Below, piece after piece: positions 52,690 to 64,000 of a DNA stretch of 64,000 nucleotides. How positions within the stretch are numbered: the first letter of the stretch is position 1; every line of letters starts with the position of its first letter. The DNA is from Octopus bimaculoides. Lineage: Eukaryota. Where the stretch lies: the NCBI RefSeq assembly GCF_001194135.2, contig NC_068982.1:184469501-184533500 (forward strand). Direction: 5' to 3'. Below the pieces are notes generated by a model, which had not been told where the DNA came from, searched no databases, and saw nothing but the letters and a program-made list of their open reading frames with translations. Made by a program: the position numbers and the translations under genes.

Positions 52690-53120
52690 AAGGCCCGATA
52701 TTTTTGGGGAGGGGCCAGTCGATTAGATCGACCCCAGTATGCAACTGGTACTTAATTTATCGACCCCGAAAGGATGAAAGACAAAGTCGACCTCGGCGGA
52801 ATTTGAACCCAGAATGTAAAGACAGACGAAATACCACTAAGCATTTCACCTAGCGTGCTAACGTTTCTTATTTCTTTGCTGCCCACAAGGGGCTACACAT
52901 AGAGGGGACAAGCAAGGACAGACAAACGGATTAAGTCGATTATATCGACCCCAGTGCGTAACTGGTACTTATTCAATCGCCCCCGAAAGGATGAAAGGCA
53001 AAGTCGACCTCGGCGGAATTTGAACTCAGAACGTAACGGCAGACGAAATACCGCTAAGCATTTCGCCCGGCGTGCTAACGTTTCTGCCAGCTCGCCGCCT
53101 TACTCGATTATATATGGACC
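52690..53120 (-). mobile_element. Two head-to-tail SINE S3 copies with different tails
   Basis: cgaaaggatgaaag(a/g)caaagtcgacctcggcgg at about 52768 and 52985. Confidence 0.9.
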
Positions 53121-53214
53121 TAAGTATGTGACTGGTATTTTATTTTATAGACTCTTGAACGATGAACGGCAAAAGTTGATTTCCATGAGATTTGAACATA
53201 GAGCATAAGGGAGC

Positions 53215-53270
<56 letters not shown>
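53215..53270. repeat. (TAG)n microsatellite
   Basis: Direct reading. Confidence 0.95.
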
Positions 53271-53274
<4 letters not shown>

Positions 53275-54212
53275 CGGTGGTGGTGGTCCTGGTGTGATGA
53301 GATATAATGACAACACCATGAAACCAAACAGGGAGAATGGTGCATGGTGACATCGGAACTCTCAAGAATGGTAAGTAAAGAAAAAAAATCGAGCTCTGTA
53401 GAATTCGAATTCAGAAACGAACTGAGAATTACCAACCACTAAGCGTTTTCAGTCAGATGTTGCGCCTATTCTGCTCAAAATATTAAATAAACATATAATA
53501 ATAGCGGATAAGTCTGGTCTATTATTACAATGATGATCAGGATGATGATGTTATGTAGAGCGAAGAAGGAAAGAGGAGATGAAAGTTTATAGGGCGAATT
53601 TATGTGCGTGTGTCTATGTATGTACACACACCATACAAATGCATATCTATACGTGTGTGTGTGTGTCAGAGAGAGAGAGAGAGAGAAATAGAAAACTGTT
53701 AGTAAGAGGAGGCAGAGGAGTTGAAGGAGTAGTAAGTCTGGTGGGGTTTCCAGCAGGCAGGCAAGCGCTGTTTCCAATTAAGACAGGAATGACTTTACAA
53801 CAAAAACAACGGCAGACTATCGAAGTTATAAATTTTACCGCCAGAAACATCAAAAGCGGTGAGGCTAAGGAATCGTTTGAAGTCTACACACAGAGAAGAG
53901 AGTCGAGGGAGTGGGATGTAAGATGGTAGTGGTGGTGGGTGGATACAGCCACAACGGTAACCTAATATCGTGTACGAAATTATATGCATATAACATATAT
54001 ATATATATATATATATATATGGAGAGAGAGAGTGAGAGATACGTACACATACACAAGTGTTAAGTAATAACATATAAATATGTACTAACCACTTACATGC
54101 ATCTATATAACGTAGCCATAAATATGCGTACGCACTCACACACACGCTTACCCAGTAATGTTGCTTGAAGCGGTTATGAATGTTATGTTATTTACTATAT
54201 AGTGTGTATGTA

Positions 54213-54265
<53 letters not shown>

Positions 54266-54408
54266 ATGTATATATGTATATATGTATGTATGTATATACA
54301 CAAAGCTATCATAAATAACAGTAAATAGCTGATATGAACACAGCCATGTCAGACTGTCTTTTGTAAATAAAACAACAGTAAGAGAGACAATAGCAACCAT
54401 TACATTGC

Positions 54409-54444
<36 letters not shown>

Positions 54445-55871
54445 CAAAGGGCTATATCATGTCTAGCATCTTGTTAGAACAGACACACGAGTGATGGAGA
54501 GGGGGGGGGAGAGAAAGATGTGGTCATATGATCAAAGATCTAATTACTATCGGAGTTTGATCTTTCTTCCTTCTCTTCAACATTAAGGTTATCATAACCC
54601 CCACTACCACCACCAACAACAACAACGACCACCCTCACCACCGACACCAACAACTACCACAACAACAAAAACAACAGTATCTGTACCACCATCGTCACCA
54701 GTACCGCTTAGATGGAACGTGTAAGCGGTCTGTAGACCTGCTTCGTGATAGCAAGCAGAATTTCTACCCTACCGTCTTTAGTATGAACACAGATAATGTA
54801 TTCTAAGACTGCCTTCGTCCACCGGTGATAGCTTAGGTGGCGCTTCAACAGGGAAACGTATTTGCGCAGGGTAGAAAAGAGAATCGCGACTGTTCTCATT
54901 ACATTATACCTTCCGTGTGCACCCCACCAGCGCGGGAACTACGGAAGTAGTAACATCTTTCCTTGTTGCAGATATATGTAATGTTGCCCCACAAGCGCCG
55001 GATCGAAAAGTTCGCTATTTTGTTTGGGGTGACAAGAAGCTCACATCAGCTGGGTTTGAAGTCACATAAACACGCTCGAGAACTTGCAGAGCATCCTGCA
55101 AACTTCCCCGTTCCAAATCGATTGGAGCTAAAAACAAGTAGTAGTCAGAAACGGCTGGGGACTTAGCAGTTATGGGGTTTCACTCCGAAATTTTTGAGTT
55201 GTTTCTTTTAATCTTCTGCTACCCCCGCCCAAGGACACACAATACTATGAGAATCTTAGTGACACCAAAGCTGAATAAATGATAAGATGGTAATAGTCTC
55301 GGGTTCACCAATGACTTGCAAATGGTAGACAGAATCTGTCCAGGAGCAATCTCGTATTTGTATGATAAACCTATGGGCATGTATTTTTGTAAACATATTG
55401 TTCTTAAACTTCCCTAATTCTTTATTCTTAAGCATCATACCATCCTCATGCATATTACCCTATTCGGATTCTGGTGAGGACCGACAAGGGCATCCGACCC
55501 TAGAAAAGTTTTGCTTCAAATTCCGTCTGTCCCAGGCAAGCAAGGAAAAATGGACGTTAAACCGCTAATGATGATGACACAATCGGCTTCAATATTCGTC
55601 TCTAAGATGTAAGACTTTTACACGCTTTTCGAGCTTTATACAAAAGCACCATTTTCAAAGTTGTGTACACATTATGTAACTGATGTTTGCATCACGATGT
55701 GTACCAATTCGAGTCTTGAGACGCAAATCTATCAGATCACAGTTATGTAACTGTCTATGTATGTATGTAAAGACACATATATACGCATACAAATATAAAT
55801 ATTTCATCACCGTTACTACCACCACCACCAACACCAGACTAGAAGAATGTGGTGTGAAGAATGACATTGTT

Positions 55872-56090
55872 CCCCAGGGAAGGTCACTTCAGTGCAACTT
55901 TTAATTTACACAACAAAACGAATTTTCAACACATATTATAAATCACATGCCCATATACGCAAATACACAGCGCGTCACCAATGCCTACCTCCAGAACATA
56001 CAGTAAACAGACAAAAACAGTAGTGAAAATACATGTCCACAATGCTACGCAACACCCAACTAGGTAAAGAGCTGAATGTCCGACCGTATG
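55872..56090. repeat. ~210-bp direct repeat, copy 1 (copy 2 at 56790-56998)
   Basis: ccagggaaggtcacttcagtgcaacttttaatttacacaacaaaacg...ctaggtaaa in both. Confidence 0.9.
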
Positions 56091-56231
56091 TTATGGTCGT
56101 CCCCTCTCGGTCTGTGGTTCTCAAACTAATATCAACCCCACGCCCCACAAATACATATCGATGTAATATTCTGCCTCTCACCCAGCTTAATTATTGATGA
56201 AAAAAAAAAAGCAAACAAATAGCGTTTATAT

Positions 56232-56622
56232 AGGGGCAGGCATAGATGCGTGGTTAAAGAAGTTCGCTTCCCAGCTATGTGGCTTCAGGTTCAGTCTCAC
56301 CGTGTGGCACCTTGAACAAGTGGTTTCTAAATCTGCCAAAACTTTGTCGGTGGAATCGGTACACGGAAACTGAAAAAAACCCCGCCGAATGTACGAGTGT
56401 GTGTGTAATATATGTACGTGTGTTTGTTTTCTTGTCTTGACATTGTGTGATTTCGCGAAAACCTGTCTGGTCACGAGGAAATATTACTTTGCTTGGAAAT
56501 ACATGAGGGTAGGCAACAGGAAGGGCATCCAACCGTAGACAATCTTCTTCAATAAACTCCGTTCGACCTACGCAACCAGGGAAAAAGAGAATGTTAAAAT
56601 GATGATGATGATGATGATAATT
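56232..56622 (+). mobile_element. SINE with S1 head/CORE and RTE-type tail
   Basis: ggttcagtctcaccgtgtggcaccttgaacaagtg...ggaaactgaaa, then aggaagggcatccaaccgtag...(GAT)n. Confidence 0.8.
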
Positions 56623-57377
56623 TGACAATTTTAAAAAGCCAACTCATTTTATTGAATATAGCAATTTATTTGTCCACCCCTTCCATCCTTATAGCTCCAC
56701 CTTTTACGAGAAACATTGCACTAGACAGTGCTATCTGATATATGGAGCACTCTGCCCGAAGATTGAGCCTAGTCTAATTACATTGGTATCCAGGGAAGGT
56801 CACTTCAGTGCAACTTTTAATTTACACAACAAAACGAATTTTCTACACATATTATAAATCACATACACAAATACACAGTGCGTCACCAATGCCTACCTCC
56901 AGAACATACAGTAAACAGACAAAACAGCAGTGAAAATATATGTCCACAATGCTTACACAACACCCATCTAGGTAAACAGCTGATTGTTCGACTATATGAA
57001 GTGGGGCAGTAGCCATGTCCCTTATGGGGAGTCCCTGAAACTTGAGGAAGGAAATTATCTTCAAACAGGAGACCTAACCTCGTTCTTCTAGCCTAGATTA
57101 TTGCAACAGAGTGGTGGAATCGGTTAAAGGCACTCAAAAGCCAATGGTGATTTATCGAGAAATGGTAGGCTTTTATTTGGCGAGGTTCGCAGTGACTCAA
57201 AGTTATGATAGAAAAGATTCATACCCTTTCTGATAGCAACTGAGCTAAAACATAGCTGCTGCTTATTGTGTCGCTATTTCAGAAATTTCTGTTAAGACAC
57301 AAATAACAGTGCTAAAGTATTTCTAAACAACGTTTGAAGATCTGTGAGATCCATAAATGGTGTTCAGTTTATTTATT

Positions 57378-57800
57378 GTAGGGAAATGATGACCTTTATT
57401 GTTGCAATATTATAAATATGGGTTTTATGTGGAAGCCAACATTGAAATCTTACTTATACACAACTAAATATACACAAAGACCATGGTTTTCAGATTTCAT
57501 TTCCAGAGATCAATTTGAAATTTGTTTGTACATGACAGGTAACTCTAAACTTAATGAGCTTATAAAACCAGACTTAAGATTGATGTGTCAGTTGCGCCAT
57601 CTGGTAAAATACTACAACTAATATAATTTAGATAGCAATTAACACACCCCACAGAGAACTTGTCTTCAGATGAAAGTTTGGTGAGGACAAAGGATGAAGA
57701 ATAAAAGACAACAACAGATGCAGTATCTCCCACTCAAACAGCACCATAAATGGGACATAAAACTATTGAAGCTTCGTGATTCTGACAGAATGGGAGATGG
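57378..57800 (+). mobile_element. piggyBac (PGBD4-like) transposase remnant
   Basis: EMMTF...NMGFMWKPTLKSY...PWFSDFISRDQFE...PTENLSSDESLVRTKG...QYLPLKQHHKWDIKL, with stops and frameshifts. Confidence 0.85.
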
Positions 57801-58073
57801 TGCAGGTAGCTCGTTCAGAGAGCAGAGGCTACTGTAGAACTAGAGGAGGAGACAGAAAAGGAAACAGCACACACTACCATAGGACTGTTCATGAAGCAAG
57901 CCTAACCCGGGGCCACACCACAATAATACACACGCAATCAAACACTGCCTCTACACCCAGACATACATACATTAATTAGTATGCATAAACACTGAATACA
58001 TACACACACACACCCAACAACCTACCCATTCGTATTTCACACGCAACAACAGCCTATACATAGCATATGTATA

Positions 58074-58138
<65 letters not shown>

Positions 58139-58753
58139 AAGAAAGCGTATGTTTGTGTGTGTATACACACGAGAGAGATTATATATATGTGTTTGTGCGT
58201 GTGTATGTGTATATGTATATAAATCAATAAACACACACACCAAAACAGAGACGCGTACATATTGTAGACACACACACACACACAAACACACATATATTTA
58301 CAGTTTTTCCTCTTCAAAGTGTTATGTGTATTGATTTCAACAAACATAACACTTTGAAGAGAAAACCTTTTGAAACACTGAATGAGACGTTGTTGTGTAT
58401 CGATAACAGCGCCACCAAGTGGCCTGACCAATAATACTCTTGCCAAATAATGGTGTCTATTTGTGAGTAGTTGGCTGGATAATGTGTGCTTGTATGTGTG
58501 TATATGCGTGTGTGCAAACATTCAAAGTAAAGTCATGTATATAGATTACGCTTTAGGTATAAATCAATATGTGCGTTTGTGGTTGTGTATGTATGTATGC
58601 GTACGCGATTAATTTTTATACGTAGTTATACGGTCAGTTTTCATTGCTTTGGTTACCAGCTCCGTGAGTGTACCTAAACACACATATAATGTAGTAAAAT
58701 TAAAATATAAACACGGATATCTTGTTAAGGGGGTGGTCAGAAGTTAGGAGATG

Positions 58754-59180
58754 TAAGTGTACTAAGAACGGTAAAGGCTGAGCAGAAAATACGAGATGTA
58801 AGTGTAAAGGATGGTAAAGGTTGAGCAGAGATAACGAGATATAAGTGTAAAGGATGGTAAAGGTTGAGCAGAGATTACGAGACGTAAGTGTAAAGGATGG
58901 TAAAGGTTGAGCAGAGATTACGAGACGTAAGTGTAAAGGATGGTAAAGGTTGAGCAGAGATTACGAGACGTAAGTGTAAAGGATGGTAAAGGTTGAGCAG
59001 AGATTACGAGACGTAAGTGTAAAGGATGGTAAAGGTTGAGCAGAGATTACGAGATGTAAGTGTACCAAGGTTGTATGGAGTAAGCAGAGATTACGTGATG
59101 TATATGTACAAAAGAACTGTATGTAGTCAGCAGAGAATACAAGGAGTTAGTGTACAAAGGATATGTGGGGCCAGCAGATT
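58754..59180. repeat. 43-bp minisatellite, about 10 copies
   Basis: taagtgtaaaggatggtaaaggttgagcagagattacgagacg; identical central copies at 58842, 58885, 58928 and 58971. Confidence 0.95.
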
Positions 59181-60204
59181 ACGGGATGTAAATATTGTTA
59201 GGATGATGTGGGTCGAGTACGTATTTTATTTTTTAGTTTCATTACAAAAAAAAAAAAAAAAGTTTTGTAAAAATTTTCTTTGTACTGAATGTTTCTTTCC
59301 TGAAACTTTACAAAATAGATTATCAAACTGACTATCATTGTGTTCCCCAGGTTAATGTGACCAAATAGACCTATGATCCAAAAGGCATTCCAGTCACGAC
59401 CAATCTGTCTTTTCATCTGTTGGTTTCTCTCAAAATCTGATGATCCTGTTGAGTGGCAAATGATTTCTGGAAACTGACTTAAGAAAGACGAAGGCAATTT
59501 CTGTAATTGAGAAATCTATTAATTAAAATCTATTACAAAGACTGACAAATGAAAAGTTTTTATCCTTTTGCTAAGATGGAAACATGTTTCAGGAATATCA
59601 AACCCAAAGATTTGAGACTAAAGTCTATGAAACAAATCATTCTGGTCATCTTTTATAAATGATGCTATATTTCAACGATATCCTTTCATGGTGGTGAAAG
59701 GGTTAGGGTCTTCAGAGCATCAGACACTGCTTTGTGGTATTTATTCTGGACCCATGTGTTCTGAATTCAAATCTACCCAACATGTCCACCCGCACTAAGG
59801 TCAACTACACCTTTTCTTCTTACGAGATGGAAGTACCTGTCAAGTGTTGCGAACAGAGCTTAGAGCATTGAATAAGATGCCTTATGACATTTTGTCTGGC
59901 TCTTTAAACCTTGCCATGGTCTAAATTAGTTTAACACCATCTGGTCCTTGGCTGACAATGGAAGAGTTTATTCTATTGCAATCACTTAGGCCAGATCTCT
60001 GACTTGACAATATTGTCTTCTTTCTTTCTTGTCAAACTCAGAGGCCCTGCCCTGAAAAGGATATGGGCATTACTCATCCATTTGAGTAACTGATAAAATA
60101 TTTTAAAAAGTCACAATGTTCTTTTAACCAATCATTTACAAATCATTAATTTACTGTTTTAGAGACTATGACAAACTTCACTGTTAAATGTGAACATTTG
60201 TCAA

Positions 60205-60425
60205 AGTAGACACATCACCACACATCATTTTGCATCTGTTTCTCATGCTGGCATTTGTTGGATGGGTCATAACAGTCATTTCTTACTGGAAGCCATTGCT
60301 TTCAGAGACCAGTGCTCAAATTTGCCATTTGGTTTGGTTTCTGTAGTTGGATGCCTTCTCTGTTACCAATCAGTTTACAGAGTGTGCTGGGTGCATTTTC
60401 TTGTGGCACCAACACTAGAGAGGTG
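60205..60425 (-). mobile_element. Old RTE-tail repeat S4
   Basis: ctcatgctggcatttgttgg...ggatgccttctctgttaccaatc. Confidence 0.55.
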
Positions 60426-61129
60426 AAGTAGGTATTTGTGAGACAGAACTAAAGGAACCTCATAATCCTATGCTTTCTCTACTCATTCACTAACCACTTT
60501 ACAGTGTAAGTGGAACATACTTTTCATGACATCAGCACAATGAAAGAGAGAGAGAGAGAGAGTCTCATTTACCAATCACTCAACTTTTCCAAAAACCATT
60601 GGAATGGTTGAATACAGGAGATTGTGTTGAAAGTTCAAGAATTTAATATTCAAATTGAATCCTAAAGATGTTTAAGCATCATTCAACTGATTGTAAAATT
60701 TTGTTCACAGATGCTCGTTTGGTTCCCCATCATCAGTCTCATAATATGCAACCTCCTTTTATGCCTTCACCAGTCATTTGTCAACCTCATGTCTTACACC
60801 TTCCTCCTTTGTACCTGTCCCTAATGCTGCAGCCTTTGTCGACAGTCACTAATTTTGACATCAGATTTAAACAGGCCAGGTGAAGCAGTTGTGTAGCAAG
60901 AGGATGATATTCAAATTGAACTTGTGTAAAAGATGCTCAAACTTTTACTCCATCATGGCCTTTAAAACATCAACATGCATCTGTTGAGTCTTCCATTATT
61001 ACAGGTTAAATGAATCTGTGTTGTGTTCTGCTTACATTCATTGACAACATGAAAGGCAAGAATTTTCACTAAGGTAGCCTATACAACAGGGCATAATCTA
61101 TAAGATGCTGCACACTTCTGATAATGGAC

Positions 61130-62070
61130 ACTCAGCTGACGGTCTATTTAAAACTGATTGTCTACTTAAAAGACTGTCTATAAAAAAAATTCCCAACTCA
61201 ATAACAAAAACTGATTGTTAACACCAAGTTTAACAAGGGTCAACTCTTTATCAAGAACCAACTGTTTGTTAAAACTGACTGTCAATTAAAAACTAGCTGT
61301 ATATTAATACAAACTATCAAAACTGTTTTTTTTTGTTTTTGTTATCAAGAACTGATTATTTATTAACAAAGTCTATCGAGACCCATCAACCTCCACCAAA
61401 TATCAGGTGTTGACTATCCATTAACATTCACTGTCTACTAACTATCAAGAACTAATGATCAGTTTTAGAGGCTGCATCTAGTCGTATGCCTAAATAAAAC
61501 CAGCTCATCTAACAACCATCCCTTGCTTAAGAAAAAAAGACCAACAAGATCTGTTTAAAAGGCATCTTCATGCATTCTGGATTGTATATTGTATGGATAA
61601 TGTGTATGGACTGTTTAGGAGTACGGGCTGTACATAAGAACATACTGTATGTCAGTATGCACTGTGCACAAGTGAGGATTATAAATAAGTATGAACTCTA
61701 TATAAGTATGGAGTATATATGGAGTATATATTTTATGGATTATGTTTTGACTGTATATTAATATGAACTATACACTGTATGGATTAAATAGTAGTATGAA
61801 CCTTATACTGTATGGAGTATATATCATATAAATAATATATAAGTATGAACTGTATATATATGTATGGTCTGGATTAAAAATGAGTATAGACTATATATAT
61901 GAGCTGCATAGAAGTACAGACTGTATAAAAGTGTAGTTATATATAAATGTGTGGATTGTATATTGTATAAATTATATAAGTGTGAACTGTAAGTATGTAC
62001 AATATAAGGTATCTGTATTATGTGGATTAAATTTAGGTATAGGCTGTATACAAGCATGGACAAGTCTGAA
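61130..62070. repeat. Two decayed cryptic tandem arrays (AACTGATTGT/ATCAAGAACT-like, then GTATGAACTGTATA-like)
   Basis: Recurrent short motifs visible by eye. Confidence 0.6.
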
Positions 62071-62084
62071 CTTTTAAAAATATA

Positions 62085-62570
62085 TCATCATTAAACACCG
62101 GTTTTCCATGCTGGTAAGCCGGAGTGCTTCACCAGGCTCCAGTCATCTGTTTTGGCTTGGTTCCTATGGCTGGATGCCCTTCCTAATGTCAACCACTCTG
62201 CAGAGTGTACTGGGTGTCTTTTACAAGTCACCGGTACTGGCCATGTCCACGATTTCACTTAGCATGACATGTCTTCTCAAGCACAGCCAATCACCAGAAG
62301 TCTCAGTCACCTGTCATCACCTTTGTGAGACTCAACATCTGAAGATGTTTTACCCTCCTGTCCTATGTCTTCAGAAACTACATATAACTTTCACAATATA
62401 TAATCATCATCATCATCATCGATTAACGTCTGTTTTCCATGCTGGCATGGGTTGGATGGCTTGACTGAGGTCTGGAGAGCCAGATGGCTGCACCAGGCTC
62501 CAATCTGGTCTGGCAGAGTTTCTACAGCTGGATGCTCTTCCTAATGCCAACCATTCCAAGAGTGTAATAT
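62085..62570 (-). mobile_element. Two RTE-tail S4 copies in tandem
   Basis: ttttccatgctgg...ctggatgcccttcctaatg at about 62100 and 62435. Confidence 0.8.
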
Positions 62571-62714
62571 ATGTGTGAATTATATGCAAGAATGTACTGC
62601 GTGGAAGGTATAAAGTATGAACTATGTGTATAAGTGAAGACTATGTCATAGATGTTCATTGAATATTCATTGTGTAGAATATAGAATATAAAATGGTTAA
62701 TATTTGCCTTTGGT

Positions 62715-62935
62715 AGCGTGTCAAGCTGGCAGAATTATTGGCACATCAGGCAAAATGCTTGGTGGCATATCATCTGTCCTTCCCTTCTGAGCTCAGATTC
62801 GGCTGAGGTTGACTTTGCCATTCATCACCTTTCAGGGTTGATAAAATAACTACCAGTCGATCACTGGGTTCAATGTAACCAACCTAGCCCCTTCCCTGAA
62901 CTCGCTAGCCTTGTGCCAAAATTTGACACCGTTAT
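62715..62935 (+). mobile_element. SINE S3, diverged copy with tail variant a
   Basis: gctggcagaatt...ttgactttgccattcatc...ccttgtgccaaaatttga. Confidence 0.75.
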
Positions 62936-63583
62936 ATGCCTTTGGTAAAGCTTGTTATATATGTGTGGGGTAAAAAACTATATATAATATCTATCCATAT
63001 CAGGGTTTCATACAGCTATTACAAGTTGATGCAAATAATCCTCAGTGGATGCTAAATAGTATGTATGTGTGTGTATGTACACACATACACATGTGAAACC
63101 CATCTGTTTAAAATCGACCCTGGTTAATTTCAGATTTAACAGCAATCTGTCCCTTGAATTCCTGGTCTGTTTAAGTATCCTTGTGCCTCTTACCTCTACG
63201 CCAACATCACTGCTAGATAAGTGTATGTTTGTATGTATGAATGTGTGTGTGTATTGGACACTTCCTAACCATATTTATTTGCATGCCATGTGGACATATA
63301 CCTACCCTGCCCCACTCTTTCCTGTCTCTTTAACTAATCCTTTCCTATCTCTTTCTCCCTTGTCATTGATCTTAACCCCCTCACTTCGTGTTCTGTGTCT
63401 ATCTTTACATCAACAAATCCACTCCTATCCATCAAGCCATTTACTTTACTTATCTATCAATCAACCTACCTGACTACCTATCTATTTATCTCTATTTATT
63501 TCTATCTATCTATCTACCTTTATGCACACACACACACACTCATGTCCTATCTCTTCTCAGTTATTTCTCTCTTCCCCTCTCTC

Positions 63584-63629
<46 letters not shown>

Positions 63630-64000
63630 NNNNNNNNNNNNNNNNNNNNNNNNNNNNNNNNNNATTATATATATACATAATTTGTCTATATATCAAGTTC
63701 TAACCTCTAGCTTCCATCTTTCTCTTTACTTCCAACCTTGTCTGTCTATCTGTCACTACTGGATCTATATCCATAAGAGGCCACCCTCAAATAAGATAGT
63801 GGGGTTGTTGGGTGGCTAGCTGGCTAGAAATCTGGGTGGGAGGAGAAAGAGGGAGAGATAGATAGAGAGAGATAAGGATGTGAAAGAGAGGGAGGGAGAG
63901 TCAGTTTCAGAATGTGATACAATGATTAATGAGAGTATCAGGTTAGAAAGAACAGGGAGATAGAAAGGGGTTATATATACACACACACACACACACAAAC

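Noticed and set aside
56792-57037. hAT element with CAGGG...CCCTG ends
   Set aside because: Only a 5-bp match and the flanking 8-mers differ.
58754-59180. CRISPR array (also considered for 14886-14996 and 11925-13075)
   Set aside because: Units are contiguous with no unique spacers, there are no cas genes, and the context is eukaryotic.

Overview
AT-rich, repeat-dominated animal genomic DNA with about 14 N-gaps, nearly all flanked by (AT)n or (CA)n runs. The SINE families and microsatellite style suggest an octopus (inference from recognition, not from a search). I cannot identify any complete protein-coding gene. Most ORFs in the track are translations of microsatellites or gaps. The window holds many copies of three tRNA-derived SINE families and an RTE-tail repeat. 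It also holds LINE remnants (three Dong/R4-type RLE 3' ends, two RTE, one L1/Tx1), Penelope-like pieces, a solo LTR, and DNA transposon remnants (hAT, mariner MITE, pogo/Tigger, piggyBac, Helitron). The most notable item is a tRNA-Ser-headed element at 45.9-46.3 kb with a hammerhead-ribozyme-like Penelope-type tail, inserted as an inverted duplication inside a perfect 13-bp TSD. Other notable items are a twin-priming-like inverted RTE, a solo LTR inside a SINE, and two gapless homologous exon-like segments within a candidate spliced minus-strand transcript at 14-20 kb. Coordinates were read by eye and SINE boundaries are approximate.
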